Source of the DNA: Patescibacteria group bacterium
GTDB lineage: Bacteria; Patescibacteriota; Microgenomatia; UBA1400; PJMF01
Direction of reading: 5' to 3'
Assembly (NCBI GenBank): GCA_049322655.1
Contig: JBMORP010000006.1
Span: forward strand, 576,410-640,409
Length of the DNA: 64,000 nucleotides
Below the pieces are notes generated by a model that saw nothing but the letters and a program-made list of their open reading frames with translations, did not search any database and was not told where the DNA came from. Of the stretch, positions 57,585 through 64,000 are shown one piece after another. Each line of letters starts with the position of its first letter. Within the stretch, counting starts at the first letter, position 1. The translations under genes and the position numbers were made by a program.

Positions 57585-57612
57585 AAAACCCGATCTTGCG
57601 ACCGGGTTTTAT
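57585..57612. terminator. Bidirectional terminator
   Basis: AAAACCCG...CGGGTTTT between convergent genes. Confidence 0.7.
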
Positions 57613-57632
57613 TTATTCAATAAACTAAGAGT

Positions 57633-59696
57633 TTAGAAACTCTCTGGATTAAGTGAAGGATCTCCAGCTGGGTTTAAAATATCAGCTTCTTGTTGTTGAA
57701 CATTCTGTTCAGTAATTCCAGGAGCTTGATTTTCTTCTGGGAGAACATCTTCAACATTGAGCTCTTCATTAGCATCTGGTGAAAGATCTACTCCTTGAAT
57801 AGCATCTTCTAGTTCTGCTAATTGTTGGCTGAGTGCGAGGTAGTCTTGAGAGTCGTTCTCTAAGAGTAACAAAGCTCTTTGCCAAGCTTTTTTGGTATCT
57901 TCCAACTGATCTAGTTGCTGAAAAGCTAAACCAAGGTGATAGTAAGCAGCAGCCATATCAGGTTTAAGTTCAGCAGCTTGAGCAAAGAAGGTTAAAGCAT
58001 CTTCAGCTTTGCCATCTGCTAATGCTAGTCTACCAATTTCTAAACGAAGATTGGGGTTAATGGGGTTAACTTGTACAGCACTGACCAAACTGCTGACCGC
58101 CCAGTTACTAGCTTCTTCTGAAGTTCCAATTAAGTTGCGGTAAATTTCAGCCAAGACCAACCAATTTTCTACGTCAGCTGGATCTAAAAGAGTAGCAGCC
58201 TTACCATCTCTGATTGCTTGACTGACCAATTGAATGACTTGTTGTTGCTCTTCTTCAGTAATGTCAGCATTGTTTGATAGGGCAATGGCTACTTGAAGAT
58301 TTGTTAATGCGTATTCTCTGCGCAAAGAATCAAGATAGCGATTAGCAGCAACAGCCTTTCTTTGGTTCTCGTAGACATTAACGATGTCTCTTTTGATCAG
58401 TGCTGTATTTGCTCGGTACATATAGTTATGAGCCAGGTAAGCTCTTCCTAGTAGATAAAAACCACCAGCTACAGCTACCATCATGGTGAAAGAAACTAGG
58501 CTAATTGCCCAATCTTTTTTACCAAAGACTTTTTTCAAGAACATCAATTTCTTTGGAAAAGTATTGATTCTCCAGTTTCTGAATTGAAGCAAGGAAAAAT
58601 GATTCTGGTTGGCAGCAATCCAGAAAACAAACAACACGGTTTGGATTGCAATGAGCACAATATTGGCGGGAGCTAACAGTTGAATAGCAAAGATAGTCAA
58701 AATCATCCATAGCAATGATTTGCTTTCTTTGTTGGTGGTTTTGGTTTGCATGGCTGTTTTGACAACTAAGAACAACCAGGTTAGCAGACCAAATAAACCA
58801 ACGGTTACAACTAGAGTAAGAGGTACATTAGTTCCAGTTGAAAAATTAACCTGCCAGTATTGTTGACCATTAGTCCAAAGTGGTTTGAAACGAGCATATA
58901 GGTTGGCATATGAGGCTGGGCCATGACCAATAATGGCACTTTGCAATGACTCCAAACTTCTCAACATTACAGTCCAACTGGCGTTGAAAGGAGTAAAAGC
59001 AACAGCGGCTTCTCTGCTAGGTAAAACTGACCAGGCTCCTAGGCCAAAGCCAGCTAAATTGGTTACTCCCAGAATTAAATCTTTGACTGTAACTTTCTTT
59101 TTAGCCATGATTGAAGTAATTAAACCAACCGTAGCAACCGCAATAACTTGAATAGCCACAAAAGATGAGCCACTTACATTAAAAAGCAAAGAGTGTGGCA
59201 ACTCAAAGGAAGAGATGGCATTAATTAAGTAGGATGGTCCGGCACCAAGCTTTTCCAAAATCATGGTGAGTCCCAAAATTCCACCAGTGATTGACAGTAA
59301 GTCGACTATTTTTTGAGTATGGTTACCTTTAATTAAAGAGCTACCCAACACACTGATTAGTGACATAGCAATGTAAGCTCCACCAAGACTGAGCAAGTTC
59401 TCTACAGGATATTTCTGGGAGAGAAAACTAGAGATTAAGACCGAGCCACCAAATAAAGCTAGTGGTAAGGTGAGTGGAGAAACAGCCACTTCCCATTTCT
59501 TTTTAGCAAAGGTTTTGATCGCAAAACCTAAAGTTGTTAATAAAGCAGCTGCCAAGAATATAAACAACTTAGTATCAACAATTAAGTTTCTGGTATAAGG
59601 AATGACCAGCAAGGGTGCAGCAACTAATAAAACTTTGAGCGCAACTGTGGTAACAGTTTGAGCAAGTGAGAGGGCAGAATTGTTTTTCATATTCAC
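57633..59696 (-). CDS. Polytopic membrane protein (O-antigen-ligase-like) with C-terminal TPRs
   Basis: About 12 TMs, 'IIGHGPASY', TPR-like helices; divergent from the pilin genes. Confidence 0.7.
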   Translation of the reverse strand: MNMKNNSALSLAQTVTTVALKVLLVAAPLLVIPYTRNLIVDTKLFIFLAAALLTTLGFAIKTFAKKKWEVAVSPLTLPLALFGGSVLISSFLSQKYPVENLLSLGGAYIAMSLISVLGSSLIKGNHTQKIVDLLSITGGILGLTMILEKLGAGPSYLINAISSFELPHSLLFNVSGSSFVAIQVIAVATVGLITSIMAKKKVTVKDLILGVTNLAGFGLGAWSVLPSREAAVAFTPFNASWTVMLRSLESLQSAIIGHGPASYANLYARFKPLWTNGQQYWQVNFSTGTNVPLTLVVTVGLFGLLTWLFLVVKTAMQTKTTNKESKSLLWMILTIFAIQLLAPANIVLIAIQTVLFVFWIAANQNHFSLLQFRNWRINTFPKKLMFLKKVFGKKDWAISLVSFTMMVAVAGGFYLLGRAYLAHNYMYRANTALIKRDIVNVYENQRKAVAANRYLDSLRREYALTNLQVAIALSNNADITEEEQQQVIQLVSQAIRDGKAATLLDPADVENWLVLAEIYRNLIGTSEEASNWAVSSLVSAVQVNPINPNLRLEIGRLALADGKAEDALTFFAQAAELKPDMAAAYYHLGLAFQQLDQLEDTKKAWQRALLLLENDSQDYLALSQQLAELEDAIQGVDLSPDANEELNVEDVLPEENQAPGITEQNVQQQEADILNPAGDPSLNPESF

Positions 59697-59746
59697 TTCC
59701 AGTATAGTTATTTCTTGATAGTAAGAGTAGTAGAAATTTTGTTTCT

Positions 59747-60520
59747 ATGAAAGGGGAAATTTACCCGAAACAAATGTCATTTTCCTGGCTAAAAAGTACA
59801 AAAAAATCCTTTTCGCATCGCTTTGATACACAAGGTATGTCAATGATCGAAATACTGATAGTGGTAGCAATCATTGGTCTTTTGGCAGTAATGGCTTTGT
59901 TGGGTTTGAATAGACAAATCTCCAAAGCTCAAGATGCTCAACGTAAAGATGACTTGGAAGATCTAAGAGTAGCTTTCGAAGACTATTTTAATGATTATGA
60001 GTGCTATCCAGATCTCACTATGTTGAATAATTGTGGCGGCGATGATCTTCAACCATACCTTAATGAGATTCCTTGTGATCCTAAAGATAACTTGCCTTAT
60101 GTTGGTTCTACTTTGGGTGGAGATGGTTGCGATGGTTATCGAGTTTTAACTCAACTAGAGAATGTTAGTGACCCGAATATTGAAAGTATGGGTTGTGATG
60201 CAGTTAATGGTTGTTTTTATGATGACCCCACTTATAACTATGGAATTGCAATGGGGGCGCCAATTACTGCTACTAACTGGGAGCAAGAAGCTGGTCCCAC
60301 TCCAGAGCCAACAGCCACGGCAGCTCCAACTCCCACCCTTGGTCCTGGCCATTGGGTAATTGCTCCAGATGGTACTTGTAGTCACTATACAATTGATTAC
60401 TATCCAACCGCCGGTTGTCCAGGAGACTATCCAGATTATGACACCTGTTTTGCTGTCAGTGGTTGTACTGCTAGTTGTACAGAAGATGATGTGCCTATGG
60501 AACTGCGTTGCTTGAGGTAA
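59747..60520 (+). CDS. Type IV pilin/GspG-like protein with Cys-rich C-terminal extension
   Basis: Prepilin site 'G|MSMIEILIV', 'KAQDAQRKDDL', PT-rich linker. Confidence 0.88.
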   Translation: MKGEIYPKQMSFSWLKSTKKSFSHRFDTQGMSMIEILIVVAIIGLLAVMALLGLNRQISKAQDAQRKDDLEDLRVAFEDYFNDYECYPDLTMLNNCGGDDLQPYLNEIPCDPKDNLPYVGSTLGGDGCDGYRVLTQLENVSDPNIESMGCDAVNGCFYDDPTYNYGIAMGAPITATNWEQEAGPTPEPTATAAPTPTLGPGHWVIAPDGTCSHYTIDYYPTAGCPGDYPDYDTCFAVSGCTASCTEDDVPMELRCLR

Positions 60521-60536
60521 AAAAGAAAAAGGAAAA

Positions 60537-61067
60537 ATGAAAAAACGTTTAAATATCAACCAGCACGGTTTCACCATGATTGAGTTATTGATTGTGATGG
60601 TAATTTTATCTTTACTTTTGGTGGTTGGGATTGGTAGCTTTGTTTCTTCACAAATTAAATCCAGAGATTCTGCTAGAAAAACTGACTTGCAAAACATTGT
60701 TCGAGCTTTGGAACTTTATTACAATGACAAGGGTGAATATCCTATTGATACAGGCAAGGTTGGTATCTTGGGCCAAGAATGGGGTGAGCCTTTTGTTGAC
60801 CCCAACAATACTGAAACCTTGTATATGAACTTACTGCCATCTGATCCAGGTGGTTATACTTACTACTACACTTCTGTTACTGGAGATCGTTATCAGCTTT
60901 ATGCTTATCTTGAAAATGAAAATGATATTGATTTGAACAAAGATGGAGCAAATATTCAGGTTTATACCGGGACAGATTGTGGGGTGAGTGGGATTGTAAC
61001 TTGTAATTATGGTATCTCTAGTCCTAACATCTACCCAGAAACTGGGCATGCGCTAACGGTAGAGTAG
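60537..61067 (+). CDS. Type IV pilin/GspG-like protein
   Basis: 'G|FTMIELLIV', 'SRDSARKTDL..I.RALELYYND'. Confidence 0.92.
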   Translation: MKKRLNINQHGFTMIELLIVMVILSLLLVVGIGSFVSSQIKSRDSARKTDLQNIVRALELYYNDKGEYPIDTGKVGILGQEWGEPFVDPNNTETLYMNLLPSDPGGYTYYYTSVTGDRYQLYAYLENENDIDLNKDGANIQVYTGTDCGVSGIVTCNYGISSPNIYPETGHALTVE

Positions 61068-61091
61068 GAGGAAGGAAGGGGAGGCAACAAT

Positions 61092-61316
61092 TTGGAAAGA
61101 AAACTGTCTCCATGGAGTCGGCCAGTCAATATCTTGGACAAAGATGTTGATCAGCAAATAGCCGAAAATGGAAGACAAGCAAAGTTGCTCCATGATTATG
61201 GCTACCATCGATGGGATCAAGCAGCTTACCAGTTTTTAATTTTAGCTAAATGGGGAATGCCAGGAATAGTTTTAGCAAAATTAATTAGCAAACTTAAGGA
61301 ATTAGATGAAAAATAA
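61092..61316 (+). CDS. Possible small hypothetical protein
   Basis: GGAGG upstream of a TTG start; fills the gap between pilins and overlaps the next start. Confidence 0.35.
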   Translation: MERKLSPWSRPVNILDKDVDQQIAENGRQAKLLHDYGYHRWDQAAYQFLILAKWGMPGIVLAKLISKLKELDEK

Positions 61317-61776
61317 TTTTAAAAATTTTGGCTTTACTTTGGTTGAGTTATTAGTGGTGATTGCTATTATTGGTGTTCTGGCTGCTGTAGCTTTGCCCAA
61401 CTTACTTGGTGCTCGTGAACGTGCTCGTGATTCTAGAAATAAGAATGCTTTAATTCAACTTAGAAATGCTCTCAGACTTTATTATAACGATTACCAGACC
61501 TATCCAACTGATTCAAGCGGCAACATCTTGGGTTGTGGCCCATCAACTGCTCCAGAAACAGTTGTTTGTACTGATAGTTTTGAAACTTCTGGAGCTAATG
61601 GAGTTACCTATATGAAAACCCTGCCAGAGAGTTTTGTTTATACACAGACTGAAAGTGGCGATAACTATGAACTCTATGTGGTTCTAGAGAACAAATCAGA
61701 TGCTGAAATAACTGATAGTGCCACTAGATGTGGAATAACAACCCCAGTGGAGGGTGCTTACTATACTTGTGAGTAA
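61306..61776 (+). CDS. Type IV pilin/GspG-like protein
   Basis: 'G|FTLVELLVVIAIIG', 'ARDS.....L..ALRLYYND'. Confidence 0.92.
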   Translation: MKNNFKNFGFTLVELLVVIAIIGVLAAVALPNLLGARERARDSRNKNALIQLRNALRLYYNDYQTYPTDSSGNILGCGPSTAPETVVCTDSFETSGANGVTYMKTLPESFVYTQTESGDNYELYVVLENKSDAEITDSATRCGITTPVEGAYYTCE

Positions 61777-61876
61777 TTTTTAAAACTAAGTATAAAAATT
61801 CAACTTTTTTGTTTTTCTCTAATAGCCAATTGGTTTAAAGTTGTCATATAAAAATTTTAGTTTAAGATATTTGTCC

Positions 61877-64000
61877 TTAATCGATTTTTACACCCTCCAT
61901 TTTTAGTCCTTCAAATCTAAAACTACCCGTACCAAGATCAACTACTGAAGTTGCACACCAGTCACCAGTACTACCATCATCAGCAAAACTGCGAACTCTG
62001 TATTGATAAGTATTGTCAGCACTAATATTTTCATCGCTATATGAGTTGACATTAGCTGAAGTCCGATCGACCAGCGTCCAGGTTGTCCCATTAATTCTTT
62101 TTTCGATTTCAAAACCCAACTCCCCAGTGGCTTTGTCAGTCCAATGCAAGGTAATTTGGTCATCATGAGGAGATTCTTCTAAGTAACAATTGCCAGTACT
62201 GGTGGTTGAGCCATCAAAACCGTCAGCGGTAACTGAGGATAAAGATCCAGAAATAAGAGTGTCGGTAGCGGTAAAAATAGTGCGATATTGGACGTAACGA
62301 TTGCCAGTGGTAGAAGTAATCGCAGAACTCAAAGGAGTAGTTAGATAATCAGTGGCAGCTTTAATATCATCCAGCCAAATAGTTCTACCTTCGTGGCCAT
62401 TGGTTAATCTAAAGGTTAATAATGAAGCAGTATTACGGTGTTCTGGTTTACTACCAGTTAGGTCAAAAAACTCTCGTTGCCACTTAAAGACTTCAGCATT
62501 AGCCGTGAAGCCACCTGCAGGGAAAGTGCCACCACTATCCCAGGCTGAAACAGTTACAGCGCCAGTTGAAGCATTCACAGAGTCAACTGTGCCTTGAGCA
62601 ATATATTCTGTGCCATCATAGTTTTCCCGAACAATAATTTTGTCACCCAAATAAAGGTTGCTACCTTTGTTACTCAGACCGTAAACAGTAGCATCAACAA
62701 TAAAGGAAGTATCGCCAGCACCAGTGATTAAGTTACCACTATCTAGCGAGGCGCCAAAATCAATCGTGACAGAGTGAGTGCGTTTACCGATGTCATAAGC
62801 TTGACGAATTTCTTCGGCAGATCTTGCTACATTAGAGATTCTTAGCTCATCGATAAAACCCTGCCAAGAAGCAACCTGAAGGGATAGAGTTTTGCTTTCT
62901 TTAGTAAAAGTTCCAGCTGTGTTGTCTGCAGCAATTAGCACTCCATTTCGGTATATTTTTTGGCCAACCCCATTCTCTGAAACAAACGCCCAGTGAGCCC
63001 ACTGCTGATACCAGCCAGCATCGAAAGGTGTAGAAAGTCGACCAACATTGTTTATATCACCATAGTCCCAATATAAATAACCATTACTCCATGGTAAATG
63101 AATATTCAGACGGTTGGTTGTTACATCTGGAGTAGCATACATGAGAGTGGTATTGACGGGGGTGCTAAAGTTTAGATAAGCCCAAAAATCAACTGTAATA
63201 CTAGCTCCATCTAATCCATTTAAAGTGGCACCAGTGTTGTATTGAGAAGTAGTGTAGCCATTAGCTTTACCAACGACACCTTCTACTGTGCTGTTAATTG
63301 TTCCTCCGGTAAAGTTATTACTATTTCCAGAAGAATCTCTTGGAACGACCCCAGAACCATTAATTTCTTCGAAGCGATAAAGACTGATAGTATTTTTATC
63401 TGGCTGGTAATTAGCAAAAGCCGACTCACCAATTGTTGCTGCCAAATAAGTGCCCGGTCGATCAGCCGCCACATAAAAAGGTAAGGTAGATTTATTGGCT
63501 AAATCCTGAGGAGTGGCTAGTTGGTAGTTGAGATAATGATCACGGCCATTTCTATAGTTTTCGGCAATTTCTGCAGCAGAGCGGGCAACATTAGAGATGC
63601 GAACCTCATCGATAGCGCCACCAAAAAATGAGTTTCCACCGCTAGCTGTAGCCCCTATATTTAAAAGATTAGTTTGAATTGAAGCCGTTCCTACTGATAA
63701 AGTGACGGCTGAGCCGCCATCGAAGTAGCCCCTAGCTACACTCCCATTCCAGGTCACTGCTACATGGTGCCATTTGTTATCAGTAGCGCCGTTGGTTTGC
63801 AGGGTAGAGTTAGTTCCTCGTAAGACTGTGCTAATTCCTCCGGTGGTATTGACGAAAACAGCAAAAGTTGCAGCACCACCTGTGCCACCACCACGACCCA
63901 CAATCATCTGATTTGCCGCAGTACTAGCTGAATTTTTGTACCAAGCCTCCACCGTCCATGATTGAGTGTTGTCGGCAAACAGAGGAATAACAGTATGATC
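61877..64000 (-). CDS. LamG/concanavalin-like repeat surface protein with C-terminal FN3 (5' truncated by window)
   Basis: 'WHHVAVTW', two 'IDE.RISNVARS', FN3 'W.D....E.GF.IE...Y.YRVR'; frame stays open to the window end. Confidence 0.88.
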   Translation of the reverse strand, partial: DHTVIPLFADNTQSWTVEAWYKNSASTAANQMIVGRGGGTGGAATFAVFVNTTGGISTVLRGTNSTLQTNGATDNKWHHVAVTWNGSVARGYFDGGSAVTLSVGTASIQTNLLNIGATASGGNSFFGGAIDEVRISNVARSAAEIAENYRNGRDHYLNYQLATPQDLANKSTLPFYVAADRPGTYLAATIGESAFANYQPDKNTISLYRFEEINGSGVVPRDSSGNSNNFTGGTINSTVEGVVGKANGYTTSQYNTGATLNGLDGASITVDFWAYLNFSTPVNTTLMYATPDVTTNRLNIHLPWSNGYLYWDYGDINNVGRLSTPFDAGWYQQWAHWAFVSENGVGQKIYRNGVLIAADNTAGTFTKESKTLSLQVASWQGFIDELRISNVARSAEEIRQAYDIGKRTHSVTIDFGASLDSGNLITGAGDTSFIVDATVYGLSNKGSNLYLGDKIIVRENYDGTEYIAQGTVDSVNASTGAVTVSAWDSGGTFPAGGFTANAEVFKWQREFFDLTGSKPEHRNTASLLTFRLTNGHEGRTIWLDDIKAATDYLTTPLSSAITSTTGNRYVQYRTIFTATDTLISGSLSSVTADGFDGSTTSTGNCYLEESPHDDQITLHWTDKATGELGFEIEKRINGTTWTLVDRTSANVNSYSDENISADNTYQYRVRSFADDGSTGDWCATSVVDLGTGSFRFEGLKMEGVKID

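Noticed and set aside
871-63484. Numerous 60-180 aa ORFs antisense to or nested in identified genes
   Set aside because: They overlap well-supported CDSs and lack motifs; treated as shadow ORFs.

Overview
AT-rich chromosomal region around the replication origin of what looks like a Patescibacteria/CPR bacterium (Microgenomates-like gene content; this is an inference). It holds the conserved yidC-rnpA-rpmH-dnaN-oriC-dnaA block and housekeeping genes (uppS, valS, rplY, rnhA, radA, rho, obg). It also has a dispersed T4SS-like system (at least 9 VirB2/TrbC-like pilins, VirB4-, PrgI-, VirB6- and VirD4-like genes, no relaxase seen), type IV pilins and several cell-wall enzymes. The most unusual features are non-coding. 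(1) At 50.5-51.75 kb are two tandem paralogous transcription cassettes. Each has a promoter, a TTTGC-loop hairpin, a boxA-like site and a long-range TTAACATGGG...CCCATGTTAA closing stem that encloses a strong-SD, GC-shifted small ORF. The two ORFs are homologous, and one is missing from the ORF track. A roughly 480-nt structured ncRNA candidate lies just upstream. (2) A cobalamin riboswitch whose expression platform predicts ON-switching sits in front of an unknown Cys-motif protein, upstream of the T4SS-like cluster. (3) A 40-bp dispersed repeat occurs four times, always directly after a stop codon and co-oriented with that gene. All functional calls are from motif reading only; no searches were run.
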